A program made the translations under genes and the position numbers. Below the pieces are notes generated by a model. The model was not told where the DNA came from, made no database searches, and saw only the letters and a list, made by a program, of their open reading frames with translations. This document shows, in pieces, positions 51,779 to 62,712 of a stretch of DNA of 64,000 nt (the stretch's first letter is position 1; every line of letters begins with the position of its first letter). The stretch comes from Ostrea edulis (taxonomy: Eukaryota). The stretch is from NCBI RefSeq assembly GCF_947568905.1, contig NC_079168.1, positions 68,324,001 to 68,388,000 of the forward strand. Reading direction: 5' to 3'.

Positions 51779-52811
51779 TTTAGATATAGATATTTTTTCT
51801 TCACTTTTTTTTCTAATTAGATTAAAATTTCAGATAACTGTGCACTTACATCTTATTTTAAAGGGGCATTAGCTGTGAAAGTGATGACAACCATTTTCTT
51901 TTTTTCTTCTCAAAATCTCTCGATGATATTGAAATACATATTGATGACTAATAAGAACATTTATTTTTTATTATGTACAAAAACAAGAGAATTAACCCTA
52001 ATAAAACTACGTTAGATAACCGCTTTTAATGTAAAGAAATATATACGGAAGATGTATTCACTGCACCCAAATCAAATCATTTCTCAAATAAAAACAAAAA
52101 CAGCATATACATTTTGCTGACAGCATGCAAAGGTAACTAGAGAATAATTATACTGTCTTGCAAGACAATAATATTCAATCACCAAAATCACATATTCATT
52201 CAGAGGTTAAAAGGTGTTTGAAATAATTAAATACAAGTGTAATTATTACTTTAATATATAATAACTATTATAGGGCAACTTTCATTGAATTCAATATTTG
52301 GTGACAAAATGACCGCTAATTCCCATTAAGACAAGAAGATGGAAGGGGTACACAAGAAATGTTGCATATATGTTCTATTATAGAAAATGTTGTGATGGAT
52401 ATATTGAAATGGCTCTTTTATTCTAAATATTCAAGAAAAGTCGTGAACTTTGGTGCCCTTGCTGTTTCAGTTCTGAAATTTTAAGAAAAAAGTTGTGAAC
52501 TTCTGGCACACGATTCTGAATACCAAAGAAAAAGTTGTGGTACACTTCTGGCACACAGTTTTGATTCTGAATACCAAAGAAAAAGTTGTGGTGCACTTCT
52601 GGCACACTGTTTCATTTAGGAAAAGTTGTGGCGCACTTCTGGCACACTGTGCCACTAGTGGCACACTGTGTGCTGCTAGTGGCACACTGTATGCCGCTAG
52701 CGGCATTAGCTGCACACTTCTGGCAAACAGCTCTGGCACACTGATTTGTTTTCCGCAAACTTGCAGCAAACTTGCGGCAAATTTGCAGCAAACTTTACAT
52801 TTTGGTAAGGG
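47900..52811. mobile_element. 4.9-kb TIR DNA element with subterminal repeat arrays (EnSpm/CMC-like)
   Basis: Termini cccttaccaaaat..attttggtaaggg flanked by TA on both sides. ctggcacac and gcggca arrays lie at 47920-48310 and 52420-52790. Superfamily is inferred. Confidence 0.7.
48600..49350. repeat. About four ~180-bp tandem units (HINE-like insert)
   Basis: ctgatcac recurs at 48751, 48932, 49113 and 49293. Confidence 0.75.
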
Positions 52812-53279
52812 TACATGTACATATATACGTTTAGAATTGTTAAGCTGATATTGACATGCACGTCTTCAGAGATTTATTTTATTGATACTAGGGTCTAAAT
52901 ACGGAGAAAACAAGCGTTCATTATGAAGAAGCATATCATGGGAATACTTTTCAATAAAGAAGCTTCCAGACTGGCATATAATCTTTTCATGGGCGCCTTC
53001 GCCATTGAATGTTTGGAGATGAATGCTAATGAACATTCGAAATACTCATAAAGACAATGCCTGTTTTGTGAGTAATTTTGAAATACAATCACCAACTTAT
53101 TAGGAAAACAGAAGCAAATCTGCATTAGAATGAGGATCTTCAGATTTTAGCCTGTTAATGCTGATTTAGCGCCATATATTCGTTTCATTGCAAACCTACG
53201 ACTGCTAATTATTGAATGAGGTGGACATGGTCATGTTTAACTGAATTTCATCGTTGTGCATTGTGTGAGAGCTGGGTAC

Positions 53280-53409
53280 CTGGAACGGTGGGCCTAGATG
53301 CTGAAGAACAGTTGGCGTTGCAGAGATCCCCATCACAACAGTGAATACACACACCAAGTAGATCTCGCCTCCTGCCGACGACTGGTCCAGACAAAAGCGA
53401 GGAACAACC
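53280..53409 (-). CDS. LU-like module 2, exon c (putative gene B 5' part)
   Basis: Acceptor ttatctag|GGT TGT; reading GCSSLLSGPVVGRRRDLLGVCIHCCDGDLCNANCSSASRPTVP; candidate phase-1 donor CCA G|gtacc (weak). Confidence 0.8.
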
Positions 53410-53493
53410 CTAGATAAATCCGTTTTACGACAATTAGGAAGCAAAAATGGATTCATTTCTTTGACGTTAAAAGTTGCAACAAAGAAAACATAC

Positions 53494-53562
53494 CAAACGA
53501 GGTTCACACTTGGAAGTAAAATATTTCTGTTCGAAGACGTTTCTTTCGTGTATAAGACATTT
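53494..53562 (-). CDS. LU-like module 2, exon b
   Basis: Acceptor ctttttag|AAA TGT and donor TTG|gtatgt; phase 0-0; reading KCLIHERNVFEQKYFTSKCEPRL. Confidence 0.78.
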
Positions 53563-53894
53563 CTAAAAAGAGAAGAGTGAAATGATGAAAATAGCACTGG
53601 AGACAAAAAATGAAATACCCTTCCATGTTGAATAAATGTATAAATCTTATATCTTTGAATGCACGATTGTTGATGCACCAGCGTTCTGTTCACACCTGAA
53701 AGTTATATTGAATTAAAAGTAAAATTTTATGGATTGTTTTTAAAATTGAACAAAAGATATCAATAATTGAAACACGCTCAAAATTGAAAATCAAATACTT
53801 GAATGTAAATACACCAATTTGATTCTATATACATCAGGTCACAGATCAGGTTTAGCAGGAACTAAGACATCTAAAAGCTTCTACTAGGACGTAC

Positions 53895-53989
53895 TTGATT
53901 GAGGTCACACGGAGTGATGGTGTGACAGTCCGTTGGATCCGCAACATCCTCACAGTCAAAGCAGATAGGGCCTCGAGTATCGGGGTACT
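53895..53989 (-). CDS. LU-like module 2, exon a
   Basis: Acceptor gaatag|AG TAC and donor CAA|gtacgt; phase 1-0; reading YPDTRGPICFDCEDVADPTDCHTITPCDLNQ. Confidence 0.8.
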
Positions 53990-54109
53990 CTATTCACCAA
54001 TATTTAAAAAAAACCAATGGTTTCATTCAGATACTACACGACAAAGAACAGACATGCTCGATAAATTCTATTATACATCTTGTTCGTTTATACTTTATCC
54101 TGTACTAAC

Positions 54110-54236
54110 TAGGAGTTCCGCATCCGTAGGCGTTACATATATCTGTGGTACAGCAGTCCCTACACTGTACAACGCCGTCAATATACTGACTCCGTTTGGT
54201 GGTTATAACGGTTCTATTATCTGTCGCTCCACATTC
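54110..54236 (-). CDS. LU-like module 1, exon c
   Basis: Acceptor tttttacag|GAA TGT and donor CCT A|gttagt; phase 0-1; reading ECGATDNRTVITTKRSQYIDGVVQCRDCCTTDICNAYGCGTP. Confidence 0.82.
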
Positions 54237-54725
54237 CTGTAAAAATGTTAATCTTCATTTACATTATGATAGGTAAAATCGGAAAAAGTAGCAATGCATT
54301 TCTACAACGTTTGGTGGCGGTACATTCGGCTTTGATTCCGTTCATAATTGTTTTTCAAAGTTTCTCGACAACTTCCATTGCTATTGGAATTTAAGGTTTT
54401 CATTTTCTTATGAAACAAAGGTAATGGTGAAAGTATTTTCACTTCAGTATTGATTTAATTTCATTCCTCGGCTAGATAGCACAACAAAAATAACGCCGTA
54501 TAGGTAATTTTTGTTATCAAAATTGCAATATTCAGCTCTCTTTCTTTCTATCACTGTCCCACGGTTCGGAGTTATCACACGATGCTCAACATTTGAAAAA
54601 GAGAAGAGTGTATATGGAAAAGACGTAATTCATTACGAATTTAACTCCACTTTTTTTGGCACACTGTTTTCCCCTAAAGTAGCTTTAAAACTTCATTGTT
54701 ATTTCGGATTTCAAACATTTCGGTT

Positions 54726-54774
54726 GATCATCACTGAAGAGACATTATTTGTCGAAATGCGCATCTGGTGCATC
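54726..54774 (+). ncRNA. Minimal type I hammerhead ribozyme inside a retrozyme-like insert (54634-54800)
   Basis: catca CTGAAGA gaca-ttatt-tgtc GAAA tgcgca TC tggtg. Confidence 0.8.
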
Positions 54775-55224
54775 AAAATTGGTACCGTATAAGTTTTACA
54801 TGAAGATTGTTTCGGGTGATCACGATTACTGCGGCGAATAGATCAGTAGAACATTTGATTTGTGATGTGGAGGTCGTGAACTCAAATATTGACCACATAA
54901 GTCCAGAGAATATCAAACAAGGAAGTTCAGACAATATTCAAACTACTGATTTGTAACGTAACGCTTGGTATTTGGTGAAGTTTCTGTGGTATATCGAGAA
55001 TCTTTTGAATGAGAAAAAAATCGCAGTCGTTTGCACGATTCAGAACCACATTGTCTAGGACAGAGTTCATGTGCCTATCTTTGTAACCTCGCTCAATTAA
55101 ACCTCCTGCTGTTGACATCTTGTACAACCGATCGACCGACCGATCTATTAGTATCCATCCCACCATTCACAAACTCACCCATATATCTGTCTATCTACGT
55201 ACCAAATAATCTATCAAAAAAGTG

Positions 55225-55450
55225 AAGATAACGAACAGTGATCGATGGAAAGGTGAAGATACGGAACAATGATCAATCTCTTAACTCCCATAAAGGATGA
55301 AAAATGGAGAACCCTAGAACATACCAGAGGTGGGATCAGGTGCCTAGGAGGAGTAATACTCACCTGTCGACAACATCTCATAAATCCTATAAAGAATACA
55401 TAATTGAGAGTAGGACAAACACGGACTCCCAGAAACACAAGAGGTGGCAT
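55225..55450 (-). mobile_element. Two partial Naiad-like tails
   Basis: gtgaagataacgaacagtgatc and cagaggtgggatcaggtgcctaggaggagtaa motifs. Confidence 0.7.
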
Positions 55451-55606
55451 CAGATGTCAAAGGACCTTTTCGTCTCTTTTACAAATTAGAACTGATAATT
55501 GCACATCTTAAACTGCATTTGATCTTGATTTTTCCTTTGGATGCAATGATAAGTTTTGCAAGTCGGAACTTTAGATTGTGGAAGCTTTATCTGAATGAAG
55601 ACCAAC

Positions 55607-55678
55607 CTTTTGTGGATAACATCCAGTCCAATAACCAATATCGCCATTATCTGCTCGGTACTGCTGCACTGCACACAC
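55607..55678 (-). CDS. LU-like module 1, exon b
   Basis: Acceptor ctgacag|GTG TGT and donor AAG|gttggt; phase 0-0; reading VCAVQQYRADNGDIGYWTGCYPQK. Confidence 0.78.
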
Positions 55679-55765
55679 CTGTCAGAATAAATTGAATTAC
55701 TAAGCTTCTTCAGATAACTGTACAAGTTAATGTTGTTATTAAGTATTGAACATAATATATGTTAC

Positions 55766-55842
55766 CTCTCCATTTTGACAGCGCTCAATTTTATTACACA
55801 GCCGAGGTTCAGTAATATCGGAACATCTCAGACATGTTAAAC
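55766..55842 (-). CDS. LU-like module 1, exon a
   Basis: Acceptor ttttatcag|GT TTA ACA and donor GAG|gtaaca; phase 1-0; reading LTCLRCSDITEPRLCNKIERCQNGE. Confidence 0.8.
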
Positions 55843-56276
55843 CTGATAAAAATCGAAAACAAACTTTTGGAATTATGAATGAGACAAGAAGCTCATAAAA
55901 CCCCGAATCGTTAGTCGGGTTAGAATAACCTGAAGAAATGAAAACTTACGGTTCATATACATACATTCATTATTACTAACGGGTCGGGACACTTAAAAAC
56001 TTTGACAGGGAATGTGAGTCCATATACCCTGCCAAGAATCCATATAACTAATGTGTCTTACTGCAGAGCGATCATTATAGAAAATGTCTCATGTATTTGT
56101 GTGTTTACAATCGTGCAGACGATAAACATCGGTATTACGTCACGAGCGTAATGGTATATGCGTAAATCATTTAAAGTAAATACATGTAAACGTAATTTTA
56201 CAAATAATTTCTGAAAATAAATGATACATTTAGAAAAAAAAAATGTTTTAATATGCCTTAATTTTACTCTTCAGTA

Positions 56277-56316
<40 letters not shown>

Positions 56317-56489
56317 GGACAAACATTTACTTTGGGTTGCCTTGAAAGTAACAAAATTTTGAAGGACCTCGAGGGGAGGGAAACATTAACTTTTGTTGGC
56401 AGTACGGTGACCGAGTATGCAATCACTCTGGAGAACGAGGTCACAGTATGGTGATCCAGTTTACAACAACTCTGGAGGATGATATCATA

Positions 56490-56610
56490 ATTCATTTCAA
56501 AATTAAGGATTATCTCCTTCCAATATTTCAGCTTGAGCATCACCAAAGAGACATTATTAGTCGAAAAGCGCATCTGTTGCATCAGAATTGGTACCTTATA
56601 AGTTTTACAT
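56490..56610 (+). mobile_element. Retrozyme-like fragment with a mutated hammerhead core
   Basis: gagcatca CCAAAGA gacattattagtc GAAA agcgcatc: the CUGA core is lost. Confidence 0.7.
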
Positions 56611-57059
56611 CATAGTATGGTGACCGATTCTACAACCACTCTGGATAATGATATTAAAATGCCGTTGTTTAAAGACGCGAACAGAAGAATAGGAATGGTG
56701 GGAAGGGTTCACACTGGTATTGTCCAGGTGAGCTAAACCTATCACAACAGAAACACGTTTTATTGTACATTATCATACATTGAAACGTCATTGAATAGAG
56801 TATATTACTTTTACTGAACGTACTTACCTAGAACGCATCTTCCAATAACTGAGGCACAGTATAATAAAACTGCAATACAAAGTAAATCTTGTTTTAGTTT
56901 TTAGGGACAGAGCACATACCAGTCACTGTTGTAATGTTTTGTTGAAATAAACTTACGAGGTACGTTTTTCATATTTCGAATATTATATCTGAACTTGGCG
57001 TCAGTTACGTTCAATTACACTATCAGATAAGAATGCAAAGGTCGATGGAATTTCCTTTG

Positions 57060-57315
57060 TTACATATATGAAGAACTTGACACATTGTCAGAATGGATTA
57101 AAAGTATAGAAGGAATATTTAGTTCATATTAGATACATTAAAGCAAAAGTGCTTCTGTGTTTAGTCAACCAGACGTTTTGAAAGAATTAAAAAAGTTACA
57201 TGAGGAATATGTTTTGGATCCAGCTGTAACAACATTGTCTTCGTTTGTAAGCATCCTTATTACAACTGTATTTTAAACAAACTTGGCATCAATTCTACAA
57301 TCGGTAATCCTACTT
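57060..57315 (+). mobile_element. Degenerate Naiad-like fragment
   Basis: ELDTLSEWIK..LKKLHEEYVL..NNIVFVCK..YYNCILNKLGINST-like reading. Confidence 0.65.
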
Positions 57316-57329
57316 GGTAATATGTTAGT

Positions 57330-60300
57330 AATATGTCTATTGTCTTCATTCTCTGTCTATTGTCTCCATTCTCTGTCTATTGTCTTCATTCTCTGTCTAT
57401 TGTCTACATTCTCTGATTATTGTCTACACTCTCTGTCTATTGTCTCCATTATCTGTCTATTGTCTTCATTCTCTGTCTATTGTCTACATTCTCTGTTTAT
57501 TGTCTACATTCTCTGTCTATTGTCTACATTATCTGTCTATTGTCTCCATTCTCTGTCTATTCTCTACATTCTCTGTCTATTGTCTCCATTCTCTGTCTAT
57601 TGTCTACATTCTCTGATTATTGTCTACACTCTCTGTCTATTGTCTCCATTATCTGTCTATTGTCTTCATTCTCTGTCTATTGTCTACATTCTCTGTTTAT
57701 TGTCTACATTCTCTGTCTATTGTCTACATTATCTGTCTATTGTCTCCATTCTCTGTCTATTCTCTACATTCTCTGTCTATTGTCTCCATTCTCTGTCTAT
57801 TGTCTACATTCTCTGATTATTGTCTACACTCTCTGTCTATTGTCTCCATTATCTGTCTATTGTCTACATTATCTGTCTATTGTCTACATTATTTGTCTAC
57901 TGTCTCCATTCTCTGAATATTGTCTCCATTATCTTTCTATTGTCTACATTATCTGTCTATTGTCTACATTCTCTGTCTATTGTCTACATTCTCTGTCTAT
58001 TGTCTACATTATCTGTCTATTGTCTCAATTATCTGTCTATTGTCTCCATTTTCTGTCTATTGTCTAATTTCTCTGTCTATTGTCTACATTATCTGTCTAT
58101 TGTCTCAATTATCTGTCTATTGTCTCCATTTTCTGTCTATTGTCTACATTATCTGTCTATTGTCTACATTATCTGTCTATTGTATTCATTCTCTGTCTAT
58201 TGTCTACATTCTATATCTATTGTCTACATTATCTGTCTATTGTCTTCATTTTCTCTCTATTGTCTTCATTATCTGTCCATTATCTCCATTTTCTCTCTAT
58301 TGTCTACATTCTCTCTCTATTGTCTACACTCTGTTTATTGTCTACACTCTCTGTCTATTGTCTACATTATCTGTCTATTGTCTCCATTCTCTGTCTATTG
58401 TCTTCATTTTCTGATTATTTTCTTCATTCTCTGTCTATTGTCTACATTCTCTGATTATTTTCTACATTCTCTGTCTATTGTCTACATTCTCTATCTATTG
58501 TCTTCATTCTCTGTCTATTGTCTTCATTCTCTGTCTATTGTCTTCATTCTCTGTCTATTGTATACATTATCTGTCTATTGTCTCCATTCTCTGTCTATTG
58601 TCTACACTCTCTGTCTATTGTCTTCATTATCTGTCTATTGTCTACATTCTCTGTCTATTGTCATCATTATCTGTCTATTGTCTCCATTCTCTGTCTATTG
58701 TCTTCATTTTCTGATTATTTTCTTCATTCTCTGTCTATTGTCTACATTCTCTGATTATTTTCTACATTCTCTGTCTATTGTCTACATTCTCTATCTATTG
58801 TCTTCATTCTCTGTCTATTGTCTTCATTCTCTGTCTATTGTATACATTATCTGTCTATTGTCTCCATTATCTGTCTATTGTCTACACTCTCTGTCTATTG
58901 TCTACACTCTCTGTCTATTGTCTACATTATCTGTCTATTGTCATCATTATCTGTCTATTGTCTACATTATCTGTCTATTGTCTCCATTCTCTGTCTATTG
59001 TCTACATTATCTGTCTATTGTCTACATTCTCTGATTATTGTCTACACTCTCTGTCTATTGTCTCCATTATCTGTCTATTGTCTACATTATCTGTCTATTG
59101 TCTACATTATCTGTCTATTGTCTACATTATTTGTCTACTGTCTCCATTCTCTGAATATTGTCTCCATTATCTTTCTATTGTCTACATTATCTGTCTATTG
59201 TCTACATTCTCTGTCTATTGTCTACATTCTCTGTCTATTGTCTACATTATCTGTCTATTGTCTCAATTATCTGTCTATTGTCTCCATTTTCTGTCTATTA
59301 TCTACATTCTCTGTCTATTGTCTACATTATCTGTCTATTGTCTCCATTTTCTGTCTATTGTCTACATTATCTGTCTATTGTCTACATTATCTGTCTATTG
59401 TCTTCATTCTCTGTCCATTGTCTACATTCTATATCTATTGTCTACATTATCTGTCTATTGTCTTCATTTTCTCTCTATTGTCTTCATTATCTCCATTTTC
59501 TCTCTATTGTCTACATTCTCTCTCTATTGTCTACACTTTCTGTTTATTGTCTACACTCTCTGTCTATTGTCTACATTATCTGTCTATTGTCTCCATTCTC
59601 TGTCTATTGTCTTCATTTTCTGATTATTTTCTTCATTCTCTGTCTATTGTCTACATTCTCTGATTATTTTCTACATTCTCTGTCTATTGTCTACATTCTC
59701 TATCTATTGTCTTCATTCTCTGTCTATTGTCTTCATTCTCTGTCTATTGTAGACATTATCTGTCTATTGTCTACATTCACTGTCTATTGTCTTCATTCTC
59801 TGTCTATTGTCTTCATTCTCTGTCTATTGTCTCAATTATCTGTCCATTGTCTACATTCTCTGTCTATTGTCTACACTCTCTGTCTATTGTCTTCATTCTC
59901 TGTGTATTCTCTACATTCTATGTCTATTGTCTACATTCTCTGTCTATTGTCTCCATTTTCTCTCTAGTGTCTTCATTATCTGTGCATTATCTCCATTTTC
60001 TCTCTATTGTCTTCATTCTCTGTCTATTGTCTTCATTCTCTGTCTATTGTCTACATTATCTGTCTATTGTCTACATTATCTGTCTATTGTCTTCATTCTC
60101 TGTCTATTCTCTACATTCTCTGTCTATTGTCTCCATTCTCTGTCTATTGTCTCCATTCTCTGATTATTGTCTACATTCTCTGTCTATTGTCTTCATTCTC
60201 TGTCTATTGTCTACATTCTCTGATTATTGTCTTCATTTTCTGGCTATTGTCTTCATTTTCTCTTCTATTGTCTACATTATTTGTCTATTGTCTCCATTCT

Positions 60301-60480
60301 CTGATTATTGTCTACATTCTCTGATTATTGTCTCCATTACCTTTCTAATGTCTACACTCTCTGTCTACTGTCTTCATTATCTGTCTATTGTCTACACTCT
60401 CTGTCTATTGTCTACATTCTCTGTCTATTGTCTACATTCTCTGATTATTGTCTCCATTACCTTTCTATTGTCTACACTCT
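57330..60480. repeat. 20-bp satellite A (about 155 units) with higher-order duplications
   Basis: Unit ttctctgtctattgtct(a/t/c)ca; 200-bp, 300-bp and about 1.24-kb repeated blocks. Confidence 0.97.
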
Positions 60481-61099
60481 CTTCATTTTCTCTCCAATGT
60501 CCCCATTCTCTGTATATCACTAAAACAACCAAAAAGGACCGGGTACAGTTTCTATTCTCTGTATCTTTTTTATAGCCTCCATTATCTAATTGAGAATCTT
60601 CGGATGAACAAACTACGGTTCACAGAAACCTAGGATGCGATTGATGTAGTGATATGTACCTATTTACTACATTTTTCGCCGAAACTGCTGTTTACTCTTT
60701 TTGCATTCCGCCTTTAAAGTTTAAAGATGTCAACAGAAAACTTTTCCATCGTACTGCAATTTGCAACAGATTGCCTATGTATACATTTTGATTTATAAGA
60801 CTAGTAACTAAAAACACTTTAATCCTTACAACTGCTTTGTGTTTTCCATGTTGAGAAATATTTTGTTTTTGATCACATGAATGTAAATATTCGCTATGAC
60901 GACAATCCGATCAAGTCCAAGGTCTTTGTGCAAGATGCGAACCGCGTTGAAAAGCTTTGAGTGCTGTATATGATACCCATCTCCGTTTATCTTTTCCGTT
61001 CTCTATCCATGGTCTCCATTCTCTCTTTATGATTTACATTCTCTTTTTATCGCCTTTTAATATTATCTGTTTATGGTCTACGTTCTTTAATTTTGATTT

Positions 61100-62190
61100 C
61101 CATTCTCTGTTCATAGTCTTCGTCTTCTGCTCATGGCCTTCATTCTCTGTACACGATCTTCATTCTTTGTTCATGGCCTTCATTCTCTGTACATAGTCTT
61201 CATTCTCTGTTCATGGCCTTCATTCTCTGTTCATAGCCTTCATTCTCTGTACATAGTCTTCATTCTCTGTACATAGTCTTCATTCTCTGTACATAGTTTT
61301 CATTCTCAGTTCATGGCCTTCATTCTCTGTACATAGCCTTCATTCTCTGTACATAGTCTTCATTCTCTGTTCATGGCCTTCATTCTCTGTTCATGGCCTT
61401 CATTCTTTGTTCATGGCCTTCATTCTCTGTACATAGTCTTCATTCTCTGTACATAGTCTTCATTCTGTGTTCATGGCCTTCATTCTCTGTTCATAGCCTT
61501 CATTCTCTGTACATAGTCTTCATTTTCTGTACATAGTCTTCATTCTCTGTACATAGTCTTCATTCTCTGTTCATGGCCTTCATTCTTTGTTCATGGCCTT
61601 CCTTCTCTGTACATAGTCTTCATTCTCTGTTCATAGTCTTCATTCTCTGTTCATGGCCTTCATTCTCTGTTCATAGCCTTCATTCTCTGTACATAGTCTT
61701 CATTTTCTGTACATAGTCTTCATTCTCTGTACATAGTCTTCATTCTGTGTTCATGGCCTTCATTCTCTGTTCATAGCCTTCATTCTCTGTACATAGTCTT
61801 CATTTTCTGTACATAGTCTTCATTCTCTGTACATAGTCTTCATTCTCTGTTCATGGCCTTCATTCTTTGTTCATGGCCTTCCTTCTCTGTACATAGTCTT
61901 CATTCTCTGTTCATAGTCTTCATTCTCTGTTCATGGCCTTCATTCTCTGTTCATAGCCTTCATTCTCTGTACATAGTCTTCATTTTCTGTACATAGTCTT
62001 CATTCTCTGTACATAGTCTTCATTCTCTGTTCATGGCCTTCATTCTCTGTATATAGTCTTCATTTTTTGTACATAGCCTTCATTCTCTGTACATAGTCTT
62101 CATTCTCTGTACATAGTTTTCATTCTCAGTTCATGGCCTTCATTCTCTGTTCATGGCCTTCATTCCCTTTTTGTGCTCTTCATTCTCTGT
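61100..62190. repeat. 20-bp satellite B (about 54 units), related to satellite A
   Basis: Units ttctctgtacatagtcttca and ttctctgttcatggccttca. Confidence 0.97.
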
Positions 62191-62474
62191 TAATGACCTT
62201 TAGTCTCTCTTTATAATTTACATTATCTGTTCATGATTTCGATTCTTTAATACATGTTTCATAGCATTCTCTGTTTATGGTTCCCATTATCTGTTCATGG
62301 CCTTAATCCTCAGTTTTCGATCAAGGTTTATATTGCTCATTTATTCAAAGTTATTCGCGTATGAAAATGTTAAAGACGTCACATTTCAGTTTTATAAATG
62401 CTTAATCTACAATGGTCTTTACTTACTGTAGAAATACTTAAGTTACAATGTTTTTTAATTACTGTAGGATCCCG

Positions 62475-62712
62475 TGGGGATCAGGGTTAAAATAGGTCCT
62501 CAGTACCCCTTGCTTGCCGTAAGAGGCGGTCCTTCGGGTGAGACCGCAACAACCGAGGTCCCGAGTCACAAGAGGTGTGGCACAAAAAAGATCCTTCCCT
62601 GCCCAAAGGCCATAAGCGCCAAGCATAGGCCTAAAATGTGGAGCCCTTTACCGGTAATGGTGACGTCTCCATGAGCGAAATATTCTCGGGAGCGACATTA
62701 AACAATATTCAA
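62475..62712 (+). mobile_element. SINE-like element sharing body and tail with the 9272-9612 SINE but with a non-tRNA head
   Basis: gtcaca..ggtgtggcac..aaggcc.taagcgcc..ataggcctaaa..ggtgacgtctccat..attctcg..caatcaat is shared; no A/B boxes are evident in the head. Confidence 0.75.

Noticed and set aside
53615-53695. Candidate extra exon between LU module 2 exons a and b
   Set aside because: The required phase 0 gives GTG TGA, and the module is complete without it.
56380-56740. Three ~40-nt repeats reading SGCRIGHHT-like on the minus strand upstream of the LU exons
   Set aside because: The region is interrupted by a retrozyme fragment and I could not build a phase-consistent exon. Gene B exon 1 remains unresolved.
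57283-60633. Many long Leu/Ser/Cys/Ile-rich ORFs
   Set aside because: They are translations of a stop-poor 20-bp satellite in all three plus frames, with no protein features.
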